Notes: a model not told the origin generated them from the letters alone. A DNA stretch of 28,454 nt from Thermoproteota archaeon (GCA_037917625.1 JAVCBY010000014.1:1-28454); one strand, 5' to 3'; numbered from the stretch's first letter, positions 1 to 9,128 are shown. Numbers and translations are program-made.

Positions 1-197
1 TATCGATAGAGTCGAGGGGATACGGGGCTACTAAGAACCCGACGCAGTTAGAGGAACTCCATCTGAGGCCCAGGGACTACGTGACCTTCATCATAATAAT
101 AGTGATTTTCGCGTCCTCCATCTACACAAATTATACGATCGCTCCCCCCTTATACTCAGACTTCCTCCAATTCCTCAGGTCGCTAGTGAGGGGTTGA
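1..197 (+). CDS. ecfT: 3' end of an ECF transporter transmembrane (T) component, partial at the window edge
   Basis: Not in the ORF track. Frame 3 reads SIESRGYGATKNPTQLEELHLRPRDYVTFIIIIVIFASSIY...RSLVRG*, containing the EcfT C-terminal ESRG motif followed by a TM helix. TGA at 195-197 overlaps the next TTG start. Confidence 0.8.
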   Translation, partial: SIESRGYGATKNPTQLEELHLRPRDYVTFIIIIVIFASSIYTNYTIAPPLYSDFLQFLRSLVRG

Positions 198-1276
198 TCT
201 TGTTAGATGTGACTGATGTGTTCAGGATATGCTCAGAGAGGAGGAGGGAGGGGAGGAGGGTGATAGATGCCCACATAGGGGAGCCCAGTCACCCTCCTCC
301 AGTGAGCGTGAGCGGGATCCTCAGGCGAATTGGGGATGTGGGATCCAGATACATGCCGTTCGAGGGGCTGAGGGAGACGAGGGAGAGGATCTCTAAGTTC
401 GCTAGGGACTTCCTGAGGAGGGATATAGATCCTGATGAGATATTCTTGACTAATGGGGGAGCTCAAGCCCTAACATCGACTCTGATGGTCCTAAGGAAGA
501 GGAAAATACTTCTCCCGGCCCCTGGATTCACTCAGTACTTCGATAACGCGAGGATAATGGACTTGAGCTTCTCCACTTACGATCCCACAGCAGAGGAGCT
601 CGTTGATGAAGTCCTCGGGAAGTTAGGTGATGCTGGAGCAGTCCTCATAAACTATCCCAATAACCCCACGGGCTTCGTCCCTGATAATGATGTCCTCATG
701 GAGTTATGGGATGAGTTGAGGATGAGAAATGTGCTGCTGATAAATGATGCAGCTTACTCTCAGATATACTTCGATTCGAAACCCGAGGTACCGGGGGACA
801 TAATAATAGATACTTTCAGCAAGACCTTCGGCATACCCGGGCTGAGGCTGGGTTACGTTTACTGGGGGCTGGAGGATAGGAAAGGGATATTCGATGCCGT
901 CTACATCACATCAGCTGGAGTCTCGGAGATATCTCAGATAGTGTTGAACGCACTCCTCGACTCACTCACAGAGGATTACTTAGAGAGCGTGAGATCCCAT
1001 TACAAGAGGAAGAGGGATAAGATAGTTGAGCTCATGGAGGGCTTCTCCTTCCCCTATCCAAGGGGAGCCTTTTACATATTCGCTAGTCATGAGAAGCTGA
1101 AGGATTCGAAGGAACTAGCTTTAAGGCTCCTTCAGAGGGATCCAGCAATAGGGATAGTCCCGGGGGATGTCTTCATGGGGGATGAGAGGAGCTTCAGGAT
1201 ATGTTACAGCCTCCTCAACGATGATGAAGCCGAGGAAATGGTTAAGATGATCCTGGAGGAAATTCATAGGATGTAA
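194..1276 (+). CDS. PLP-dependent class I/II aminotransferase (aspartate/aromatic type), paralog 1
   Basis: Motifs IGEP, TNGG, NYPNNPTG, DAAY, TFSKTFG-PGLRLG (PLP lysine) and PRGAFY. Confidence 0.92.
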   Translation: MILLDVTDVFRICSERRREGRRVIDAHIGEPSHPPPVSVSGILRRIGDVGSRYMPFEGLRETRERISKFARDFLRRDIDPDEIFLTNGGAQALTSTLMVLRKRKILLPAPGFTQYFDNARIMDLSFSTYDPTAEELVDEVLGKLGDAGAVLINYPNNPTGFVPDNDVLMELWDELRMRNVLLINDAAYSQIYFDSKPEVPGDIIIDTFSKTFGIPGLRLGYVYWGLEDRKGIFDAVYITSAGVSEISQIVLNALLDSLTEDYLESVRSHYKRKRDKIVELMEGFSFPYPRGAFYIFASHEKLKDSKELALRLLQRDPAIGIVPGDVFMGDERSFRICYSLLNDDEAEEMVKMILEEIHRM

Positions 1277-1971
1277 TTTACTGGTAGATACTTAATCTCA
1301 TTCTTTAAGAGGTTAGCCAGTTTCCTCGTCGTCCTCGTTACATCCTCCTTAGCAGAAGCTTCCTCTAAGCTGAACCATGAGACATCAGTGGCATCACCTC
1401 CCGGCCTCTCAGATCCCTCTATCGAAGCGGGATCGAATATTATGTCCGAGAAGGATTTGAATATGAGGGGAGCGAATCTGAGGCCAGCTAGTAGCGTGAA
1501 GGAGAAGCTGTAAGGGAGTCTGAGGCTGTGAGCGAGAGCTGACATTTTCGTTATCGAGGTGGTCATCACGAATATTATGGCCGCTATCACTACGACCAAT
1601 ATCTTAGCGGATATGAAGAGACCGTATAGAAGGCCCTCTAGTGTGAATTCCCCTATATCCTTCTCCCAAAGCTTGAAGTGACCTATCGCGAATAATGGAG
1701 TCACGCCCCCTCTATACAGGAATCCCTGAACGATTATGAAGAAGAGGAATATCCCGAGCAGGACCTTTATCACTATAGCCACTCTCCAGAACTCTATACC
1801 AGCTATCCTCCATATTATGAGCTCGAAAGCTAGGACGATGAGTAAGGGCACTACGGAGTAATCGTAAGTGAAGATGAGGGCTAGCATCAGTGCTGCGAGC
1901 AGGAGCAGGGCTTTCGTCATTGGATGCAATTTATGAATTATAGTATCTTTCTCAACATATTTGAAAGTCAT
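1264..1971 (-). pseudogene. ecfT: Chimeric ORF: N-terminal ~175 aa of EcfT fused in frame to a NUDIX-like C-terminus
   Basis: EcfT N-terminus (HKLHPMTK, TM helices, LRFAP). It lacks both ARG/ESRG coupling motifs. After ...SDII (about 1436-1446) it reads PGGDATDVSWFSLEE...VTRTTRKL, which resembles an ADP-ribose-pyrophosphatase-type NUDIX C-terminus. Confidence 0.7.
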
Positions 1972-3680
1972 TTGACCACCTCCACTACATCTAAGAATTC
2001 CTCTATCTTTATTATCTGGCTAGGTATTCCCATTTGGCTCATGGAAATCGCTAATCTCGTTATTTGCGGGGGCATCACTCCAGCTCGCCTCAGCCTCTCG
2101 ATATCGTTGAATACCGCGTGGGGATCTCCGTCCATTATTATCTTACCGTTGGCCATCACTATCACTCTATTAGCATACTTAGCGATCAGATCCATATCAT
2201 GAGTTATCATTATGATAGTCTTCCCCCTCTCATGCAGTTCCTTAGCTAGATCAGCTAAGAGGTACCTCCCCCTATAGTCCTGAGCTGTCGTCGGTTCATC
2301 GAGTATCACCACTTCGGGGTTCAACGCTAACGTAGCTGCAGCTGCTAGGAGCCTCCTCTCCCCGAAGCTGAGCTTGAATGGAAAGTATTCCGCTTTCTCC
2401 CTCAATCCGACCATATCCAATATCTCTAAGGCGAGCTTCCTCGCTTCCTCCCCCTTTACGCCTATGTTCCTGAGGCCGAACATTACTTCTTCGATCGCTG
2501 AGATCGTGAAGAGCTGGTAATCTGGGTTCTGTAATATTAGCCCTATCCTCCTAGCCAGTTCGCCTACTGTGAACTTGGAGACATCCTCACCCTTGAATAG
2601 GACCTTCCCTTGCTGAGGTTTGAGGAGCCCTATCATGGTCTTGACTAAAGTGGATTTCCCCGATCCGTTCATCCCTATCACCCCCAGGAAGTCCCCCTCG
2701 TATACAGTCAGGCTCACGTTATCCAAGGCCCTGACCCCTCCAGGGTACTCGAAGGTCAGATCCCTCACCTCTATTATCGCTCTCTCATTCCTCCTCTGCT
2801 CGAAGCTCAGCTTACCTGAGACCCTGATCTTTCCATCCTTTATGAACTTAGATAATATCTTATTTGCCTCTAACTCGTTTATCGGAACCTCTTCGGGGTT
2901 CAATCCTCTCTTTGCGAGTTCATATGTCAAGATAGCTACATCTGGTGCCTTTACTCCAGCTCTCTCCATCAATTCGACATCAGAGAATATCTCCTTAGGG
3001 CTTCCAATAGCCAACAAGTTCCCATCCTTAAGTACGATGACTTTATCGGCTATCTCAGCTATCTCCTCAGTCTGATGGGTAGTTATCACCATAGTGACAC
3101 CCCTCCTCTTCAGTTCCTTGAGAGTAGCCATGACCTCTCTAACTCCAACGGGATCGAGCTGGGATGTGGGTTCATCTAATACCAGGACCTTAGATCTCAT
3201 CGCTAGAGCTGAAGCTAAGACAAGCCTCTGCTTCTGTCCCCCGGATAACTCGTCTGGAGATCTATCCTCCAGACCGCTTAAGCCCGTGACTTCTAGAGCC
3301 CACTTCACATTAGCTAATATCTCCTCCTTGCTCAACCCTAAATTGCTGGGGCCGAAGGCTACCTCCATGAAGACAGTGGGGGAGAATATCTGAGAATCCG
3401 GGTCCTGAAGTACTATAGAAACCTGCCTAGAGAGATCTCTCATCTGAGAGTCCTTCGGCTGAATTCCAGAGACGCTCACCTTTCCCTTTATTGTCCCCCC
3501 ATATATGTGCGGTATCACCCCGGATAATAAGTAGCATAGAGTGGTCTTACCTGCCCCATTCTCGCCTACTACAGCGACGGCTTCCCCTTCCTCAACAAAA
3601 AAAGAGATATTTTTGAGGGCAACAGTGCCGTCAGGATATGTGAAAGTGACATCTTCGAGCTCAATGACCCTTCCAGGCAT
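1968..3680 (-). CDS. ecfA: ECF transporter fused double ATPase (EcfA-A')
   Basis: Two ABC cassettes: GENGAGKT / QDPDSQ / LSGGQKQR / LDEPT and GMNGSGKS / QNPDYQ / LSFGERR / LDEPT. Confidence 0.95.
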   Translation of the reverse strand: MPGRVIELEDVTFTYPDGTVALKNISFFVEEGEAVAVVGENGAGKTTLCYLLSGVIPHIYGGTIKGKVSVSGIQPKDSQMRDLSRQVSIVLQDPDSQIFSPTVFMEVAFGPSNLGLSKEEILANVKWALEVTGLSGLEDRSPDELSGGQKQRLVLASALAMRSKVLVLDEPTSQLDPVGVREVMATLKELKRRGVTMVITTHQTEEIAEIADKVIVLKDGNLLAIGSPKEIFSDVELMERAGVKAPDVAILTYELAKRGLNPEEVPINELEANKILSKFIKDGKIRVSGKLSFEQRRNERAIIEVRDLTFEYPGGVRALDNVSLTVYEGDFLGVIGMNGSGKSTLVKTMIGLLKPQQGKVLFKGEDVSKFTVGELARRIGLILQNPDYQLFTISAIEEVMFGLRNIGVKGEEARKLALEILDMVGLREKAEYFPFKLSFGERRLLAAAATLALNPEVVILDEPTTAQDYRGRYLLADLAKELHERGKTIIMITHDMDLIAKYANRVIVMANGKIIMDGDPHAVFNDIERLRRAGVMPPQITRLAISMSQMGIPSQIIKIEEFLDVVEVVK

Positions 3681-3693
3681 GAAAAGGCTCCTC

Positions 3694-4464
3694 CTACCAT
3701 ATCGCCCCAGCCACCTTAGGCAGTCCGCTCCTCTTCAGCCCCTCTATTATCGGTATCGCTATTATAGTTATTATCACGCAGAATACGGGGATCCATATCA
3801 AGTATACGCTGACCGTAGCTATAGTTAAGGACACGGGATACTTATAGACGTACCAATACGGGTACTCCCAGGGCATCCACCAGAGGAACATCCCTATCAA
3901 TATCGTGAAGTACATCGCGATGAACCTCTTCGCCCCAGTAGCTTCCCTTATCAATCTAGGCAGGGTCCTGAACCCTATAGGTGTTAGGAGCACGATTATC
4001 CAAGGCAACCAAGTGGGCAAGAACAGGGAGAAGTAGAGGGGTTGAGGAGCTGCATCGAAACCGCCAGCGGGTCCCGGGATGTAATAAGGCACTAAATTTA
4101 TTATTATGGCCTGACTTATGTATAATATCATCAATATTATGTAGTACTTCATCTTGTTGGCGTTCATCGTTAAACCAACCGCTATAGCGGGCATCGTGCC
4201 CGTCAATATGACATCGATTATGCCCAGAGGGTAAGCTGCTGGCGAGAGGACCCAGCCTATGAGACCGCCTATGAAAGCACTGAGCGTTGCTGCTGGTAGG
4301 CCTAATATGAAGGGAGCTATCGCTGCTAGTGGAAGCGAGAGGGGCCAATAACCTCCTCCTCCGACGTAAGGGAATATCGGGACTATGCTAGTAGCCCCCA
4401 ATAATGCTGAATAGAGGGCTATCCAGGAGACAGGAGCCCTCCTCTCGGCGACGAACTCACTCAT
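3694..4464 (-). CDS. Probable ECF substrate-specific (S) component, substrate unknown
   Basis: 256 aa with about 7 hydrophobic helices, directly upstream of ecfA and ecfT. Confidence 0.7.
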   Translation of the reverse strand: MSEFVAERRAPVSWIALYSALLGATSIVPIFPYVGGGGYWPLSLPLAAIAPFILGLPAATLSAFIGGLIGWVLSPAAYPLGIIDVILTGTMPAIAVGLTMNANKMKYYIILMILYISQAIIINLVPYYIPGPAGGFDAAPQPLYFSLFLPTWLPWIIVLLTPIGFRTLPRLIREATGAKRFIAMYFTILIGMFLWWMPWEYPYWYVYKYPVSLTIATVSVYLIWIPVFCVIITIIAIPIIEGLKRSGLPKVAGAIW

Positions 4465-4678
4465 AAGATCGACCTCCCTTGAGCTTCCCCCAAACAGCGA
4501 AGATTATCCCTAGCACGAGAAGAGCGATAATAGTGTAGTTGAAGAGGTCTAGAGAGATCTGTTTCTTCGGAGGGAGTACGTAAATGTTGTATAATTGCCC
4601 AAAGATCGCTATCACTCCCGCTATTATGAGGAAGAGCCCCACATAATACAAAAGGATTTTCGGCGCCTTCTGACTCAT
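4457..4678 (-). CDS. Small two-TM membrane protein leading the ECF operon
   Basis: 73 aa with two hydrophobic segments. It overlaps the start of the S component and has a BRE/TATA about 35 nt upstream. Confidence 0.65.
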   Translation of the reverse strand: MSQKAPKILLYYVGLFLIIAGVIAIFGQLYNIYVLPPKKQISLDLFNYTIIALLVLGIIFAVWGKLKGGRSYE

Positions 4679-4710
4679 ATATAGGCACCTGCAGAAGGGG
4701 GGGTCCGATA

Positions 4711-4726
4711 CTTTAAATACTTTTCG
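4711..4726 (-). promoter_or_regulatory. Archaeal BRE/TATA promoter for the ECF operon
   Basis: The minus strand reads CGAAAAGTATTTAAAG about 35 nt upstream of the ATG at 4678. Confidence 0.55.
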
Positions 4727-4854
4727 TCTAAAGATTTTCCATAGTGTAGCGTCAAGCTATTAAAGGAAGTGATATAATAATTGTTTATTATTATGTGGAA
4801 GAAATAATGTATCATCCATTGGGAAAGATGGCATTCTGAATGGAAGATAATTAG

Positions 4855-5691
4855 TTATCTAACTATTTCCTCCACATCCCTCCACCATTTCTTGCTCGTG
4901 CCATCCTTAGCTCTCTTCATCCAATTCTTTGACTTCGGTTCCTCCTCTATTATCTTGAGTAGTGAATCCACTTGCTTCACTACTCTCTCCATCTCCTCCT
5001 CCTTCAGCCTTCCCTCCTTCACCATCTGATTCGCATACGCCTTTACTTTCTTCAAATTCTCAACTGAATCGTACCAGAAACCCCAATCATCCGCCAGGAC
5101 TTTAGCTATATACTTAGCGTTGATCTTCCCCTCTCCCTCCTCCTCCGCCAGCTCATGAGTCAAGAACAGGACTATCAGATCTACTAGATCCTTCGGATTT
5201 ATCTCATGTATCTGCAGTTTCTCCAAGACCACATCAGTTGGAGTTATAGCATAATTAGAGAGCTCGAGCCTCCCCTTCCCAGGTTCCTCACCGAAGTTAA
5301 CATCGTGACAGAACTCCAACTTGTTGAAGAACACATCTACGTGGAACTTGCCCTCAGGATGATAGTATATCAACCTCCTATCGCTGAACAGTAAGTTCAC
5401 CATCCTGTCCGGTAAGAACCCTAGTTCTTTCTCAAATACTTCCTTGAGCTTCTTCGCTTGCTTCTTGTAGGCCATGAGATCTAGATCTGTGAACATGGGG
5501 ACGCCTGCCCCGAACCTAGTTGAGTGTATCTCCCTAGCTCTAGCATCCCTCTCAGTGTGTATATAGACGGCCATAGCTCCCAATATCCTAGCTATGATGC
5601 CACGCTCCTCCAACTTATCTATTATAGCTTTGCACTCCCTCACGAACTCCTCAGGATCTAACTCAACGAAGTGGATCCCCTCATGGCTCAT
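4855..5691 (-). CDS. Uncharacterised nucleotidyltransferase-fold (Pol-beta superfamily) protein, intact copy
   Basis: LGAMAV...TDLDL and HVDVF motifs, plus later EKLQ and KDLVD. The start is placed at ATG 5691 (MSHEG), just after the duplicated stop of the upstream phosphoesterase; the ORF track starts at 5712. Confidence 0.7.
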   Translation of the reverse strand: MSHEGIHFVELDPEEFVRECKAIIDKLEERGIIARILGAMAVYIHTERDARAREIHSTRFGAGVPMFTDLDLMAYKKQAKKLKEVFEKELGFLPDRMVNLLFSDRRLIYYHPEGKFHVDVFFNKLEFCHDVNFGEEPGKGRLELSNYAITPTDVVLEKLQIHEINPKDLVDLIVLFLTHELAEEEGEGKINAKYIAKVLADDWGFWYDSVENLKKVKAYANQMVKEGRLKEEEMERVVKQVDSLLKIIEEEPKSKNWMKRAKDGTSKKWWRDVEEIVR

Positions 5692-5729
5692 GATCAACCC
5701 TCTATCTTCCAATAATTCTTGAGACCATC
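5251..5729. repeat. 479-bp direct repeat, copy 1
   Basis: Matches 5867-6345 (offset 616); no mismatch found by eye. Confidence 0.95.
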
Positions 5730-5753
5730 TGGTCTCAAGAATTATTGGAAGAT
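5704..5753. repeat. Perfect 24-bp inverted repeat with 2-nt spacer (fold-back)
   Basis: ATCTTCCAATAATTCTTGAGACCA-TC-TGGTCTCAAGAATTATTGGAAGAT. Confidence 0.95.
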
Positions 5754-6307
5754 TTAGCGATTTCCATGAGCCAAATGGGAATACCTAGCCAGATAATAAA
5801 GATAGAGGAATTCTTAGATGTAGTGGAGGTGGTCAAATGACTTTCAAATATGTTGAGAAAGATACTATAATTAGAGAGCTCGAGCCTCCCCTTCCCAGGT
5901 TCCTCACCGAAGTTAACATCGTGACAGAACTCCAACTTGTTGAAGAACACATCTACGTGGAACTTGCCCTCAGGATGATAGTATATCAACCTCCTATCGC
6001 TGAACAGTAAGTTCACCATCCTGTCCGGTAAGAACCCTAGTTCTTTCTCAAATACTTCCTTGAGCTTCTTCGCTTGCTTCTTGTAGGCCATGAGATCTAG
6101 ATCTGTGAACATGGGGACGCCTGCCCCGAACCTAGTTGAGTGTATCTCCCTAGCTCTAGCATCCCTCTCAGTGTGTATATAGACGGCCATAGCTCCCAAT
6201 ATCCTAGCTATGATGCCACGCTCCTCCAACTTATCTATTATAGCTTTGCACTCCCTCACGAACTCCTCAGGATCTAACTCAACGAAGTGGATCCCCTCAT
6301 GGCTCAT
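5735..6307 (-). pseudogene. Truncated duplicate of the nucleotidyltransferase-fold gene (N-terminal ~147 aa plus a spurious tail)
   Basis: Identical to the intact copy up to ...LELSNY, then reads the antisense of the ecfA/ecfT junction. Confidence 0.85.
5754..5872. repeat. 119-bp inverted copy of 1936-2054 (ecfA/ecfT junction)
   Basis: Exact reverse complement of 1936-2054. It shares ATAATT microhomology (5867-5872) with the start of direct-repeat copy 2. Confidence 0.95.
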
Positions 6308-6345
6308 GATCAACCCTCTATCTTCCAATAATTCTTGAGACCATC
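5867..6345. repeat. 479-bp direct repeat, copy 2
   Basis: Matches 5251-5729. Confidence 0.95.
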
Positions 6346-7269
6346 GGATTCGAGCTCTATCACGAAGCCCCTCAGGAGGCCCTCACTGTACTCACTCCCC
6401 GGATTTATTACGATCGTCTTCCCCACTTTATCGCTAGCGTAACTCTCATGTATGTGACCGTGCAGCCCCATCAATGGTTGATATTGCTCTATCAACTTCC
6501 TGACAGCTTTCGAGCCCACGTGAACCAATACAGGCTTTCCGCCTACGTAAACAGGCTTCAGATTCTTATCCAGCTTAGGGGCTAGGTCGAGCTTAGTATC
6601 ATATGGAGGGCAGTGGAAGTTGAAGAGAGCTTTTTTGAAGTCCTTGACACCCGATCTCTCTATCTTCTCCCTCAACATCTTCTCAAGTTTGTCCTCAGGG
6701 GCTTCTCTAGGCGTATTCCATGGGGTGGGATTCACGTACTCATGGCTTATTATCTGATAACCGTAGTTCAGCTCTACAGTCTTATCCAGAGGGTATATTA
6801 CGCCCCTGTCCTCATAGCTCTTTATCGTCTCATCTATGTACTGCTCATCGTCATTGCCCGGCATCACTATCGATGTGATGCTCTTCACATCTACTTTCTC
6901 TATCAGTAGATCGAGCCATTTCCTCATCCTCTCGACCATCAATTCCTTGAATAATTCCTCCTGCTTCTTAGGATCAGCAGCTATCTCCTGAGCTTGTTGA
7001 GGGGTGAGCACTTTATAATAATATGAGAAGCTCTCTATCCTATCCATCAGTTCCTGAAGCTCCTCCTTACTCTTAGCAGTATACTTCCTCCCTATTATCT
7101 CTGCTTCATAATGGTCCCCTTTATCGAAGATAGGGACTATGGCCTTTCCCGTTAGGTCCCCCGCTAAGATTATGACGTTCGCTCTATACACGTTGACTGC
7201 ATTGAGCCACTTCCTCCAGACTACTGTATTTCCGTGTATATCTGCTGCGAAGAACATCCTGATGGTCAT
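6310..7269 (-). CDS. Calcineurin-like (Icc-related) metallophosphoesterase
   Basis: Motifs ADIHG, AGDLTG, PGNDD, FHCPP, HGHIHE and INPGS. The start is placed at ATG 7269 (AGGTG SD upstream); the ORF track extends to 7287. Confidence 0.9.
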   Translation of the reverse strand: MTIRMFFAADIHGNTVVWRKWLNAVNVYRANVIILAGDLTGKAIVPIFDKGDHYEAEIIGRKYTAKSKEELQELMDRIESFSYYYKVLTPQQAQEIAADPKKQEELFKELMVERMRKWLDLLIEKVDVKSITSIVMPGNDDEQYIDETIKSYEDRGVIYPLDKTVELNYGYQIISHEYVNPTPWNTPREAPEDKLEKMLREKIERSGVKDFKKALFNFHCPPYDTKLDLAPKLDKNLKPVYVGGKPVLVHVGSKAVRKLIEQYQPLMGLHGHIHESYASDKVGKTIVINPGSEYSEGLLRGFVIELESDGLKNYWKIEG

Positions 7270-7299
7270 ACTAACACCTAGCCTCATTGAGGACGCACT

Positions 7300-7314
7300 T
7301 TAATAAACTTTTCC
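7300..7314 (-). promoter_or_regulatory. BRE/TATA promoter for the phosphoesterase-nucleotidyltransferase pair
   Basis: The minus strand reads GGAAAAGTTTATTAA about 30 nt upstream of the ATG at 7269. Confidence 0.55.
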
Positions 7315-7383
7315 AGGACATGATAAGTCAAGAAATTGTAAAAATTGTAAAAATAATTAAGGGAGGAGAGTTCGGTTGGGGGG

Positions 7384-9087
7384 TCACGCCGGCGGTATCT
7401 CCGTGTAGATCGTCTTCACATCGATCCCGCGTTTCGTGTTATATACCATGAAAGCTGTGAATATTAATGCTCCTACACCCATCCAAGCTGATTGCTGTAG
7501 GGCTATGCCCTGTGAAATCTCTTGAACAGTCACGAAGAAGAAGAAGAAGTTAGCGGCCCATCCCCATAGCCCTAGGATCGTCAGTATGGGTACGCCGGCT
7601 ATCTCCCACTTGTAAGGTGACTTCTCATATAAGTCCCTCCTCAAGTAGGGCAGCACAGCTGCAGCGAGGCAAGCTAGCATGACCGCGAACTGATACAAGT
7701 TGCTCGTATCAGCAGCTGCAGCCCAGTCTCCTGCGGCTGTTAGGGCCACTCCGAAGAGGCCTCCTATTAAAGTGAGGGTCACGGCCCAGTAGGGCGTGTG
7801 GAACCTCGCATCCACTGCTGCGAACATCTCAGGGAAGAACCTGTCGAATGCCCAGGCGAATATCATCCTGCTAGCGACTACGAAGAAGGCAGGTATGTCC
7901 TTCAGGAGCACTATACCCACTAACGCTCCGTTCGTTATCTGGAGCCACTCCATGCCCTTGGGCACTAACGGTATAGTGAAGGAAGTGACCACTTTGGACG
8001 GTAGTAAGTGGGATGGTGGTACTCCCAGCAAACTCGCTAAGCCATCAGATCCTAACTTGACCATGAGGTAGTTGTAGAGAGCGGTGAAGTAGACCCTGTC
8101 GGGAGGTATGTTGTTCTTAGCGAGGTAATCTAGGGCGCCGGGTACCTTGGCGAGCACCTCCCGGGGCACTATATAAGCTGTGTAGACGAGGAAGGGTAGC
8201 GTTATATAGTAGAGCATTATTATGATCGTTCCAGCAACCTGTGCCACAAACAGAGATTTTCCTGGGGACTTTAGCTCACCTCCAACGAATACAGCTGAGA
8301 CTATACCTATGTAAGCCCAGATAGCTCCCACTCCAGCCGCTATAGTTGCTCCCCAATCGAATGGAGCTATTGGGAGATCGCCCTCTTTCATCCCTATCTC
8401 AAATGCCTTTTCTACTATCTTCTCATATGCTCCCGCTCCATAAAGGCTCCCCCATCCATTAACAGCTGCCATGTGACCAAAGCCCCACGCTCCAAGGATT
8501 ATCAGGTTAGTTATGCACCCTATTATCGCTACTATACCTAATATGTTTATTATCCATCCATAGATCCTCATACCTAGGTAAGCGATCACTCCGAATATCA
8601 GGACGAATAGTATCCCCAGGATCCAGTGCCCCTCTGTAGTGGCCATCCATTGAGCTGTAGCGAGCAACCCTTCATCTCTAAGTGCTATTCCAGCAGCTGT
8701 TATAGCTCCTACGAAGAAGTCTATTGAATACCAAGCTATTATACCGTAGCTTAAGACTTCAGTGAACCAGAAACCCCAAGAGGCCAGGAATCCCATCGTG
8801 GGGTTCAATCCCCTGCTTATGAATATGTAGTCCCCTCCGGTCCTCGGCATCATAGCTCCCAGCATCGTGTAAACTAACGCAGTTGGGATCGCTAACGCCA
8901 ATCCAGTGATCAGGAAGGAGTAGGGTACGAATGCTCCAGGATGCTGATAAGCCGCTATTACCGATAGCCTGTGGATACCTCCTCCTACTGTGTGTGTGAA
9001 GACTATCATGAAAGCGGTGAATGGTCCAACTGTCCTCACTAATCCTGAGGCCCTTCTGACGAACAAGGTCGGGGCTTCCTCAGACAT
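7384..9087 (-). CDS. APC-family amino acid/amine permease 1
   Basis: FVRRASGLVR, MPRTGGDY, GGELKSP and SRMIFAWAFDR..P motifs with about 12-14 TM. Start at ATG 9087 with a GGGGTGAT SD. Confidence 0.92.
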   Translation of the reverse strand: MSEEAPTLFVRRASGLVRTVGPFTAFMIVFTHTVGGGIHRLSVIAAYQHPGAFVPYSFLITGLALAIPTALVYTMLGAMMPRTGGDYIFISRGLNPTMGFLASWGFWFTEVLSYGIIAWYSIDFFVGAITAAGIALRDEGLLATAQWMATTEGHWILGILFVLIFGVIAYLGMRIYGWIINILGIVAIIGCITNLIILGAWGFGHMAAVNGWGSLYGAGAYEKIVEKAFEIGMKEGDLPIAPFDWGATIAAGVGAIWAYIGIVSAVFVGGELKSPGKSLFVAQVAGTIIIMLYYITLPFLVYTAYIVPREVLAKVPGALDYLAKNNIPPDRVYFTALYNYLMVKLGSDGLASLLGVPPSHLLPSKVVTSFTIPLVPKGMEWLQITNGALVGIVLLKDIPAFFVVASRMIFAWAFDRFFPEMFAAVDARFHTPYWAVTLTLIGGLFGVALTAAGDWAAAADTSNLYQFAVMLACLAAAVLPYLRRDLYEKSPYKWEIAGVPILTILGLWGWAANFFFFFVTVQEISQGIALQQSAWMGVGALIFTAFMVYNTKRGIDVKTIYTEIPPA

Positions 9088-9128
9088 AACATCACCCCGC
9101 ATGAGGGCTTCGCATTCAAGTCCTCATT

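Noticed and set aside
1924-2202. 92-aa plus-strand ORF whose sequence reappears in the tail of ORF 5735-6328
   Set aside because: It is an antisense shadow of ecfA/ecfT. The shared peptide only reflects the 119-bp inverted copy.
5704-5753. Palindrome read as a terminator, transposon end or CRISPR repeat
   Set aside because: The left arm is simply coding sequence from the duplicated gene junction, and the structure is a single fold-back with no array.
7333-7353. Short tandem AAATTGTAA repeat between the permease and the phosphoesterase
   Set aside because: Two copies in AT-rich DNA, probably part of a T-rich minus-strand terminator; too weak to call.
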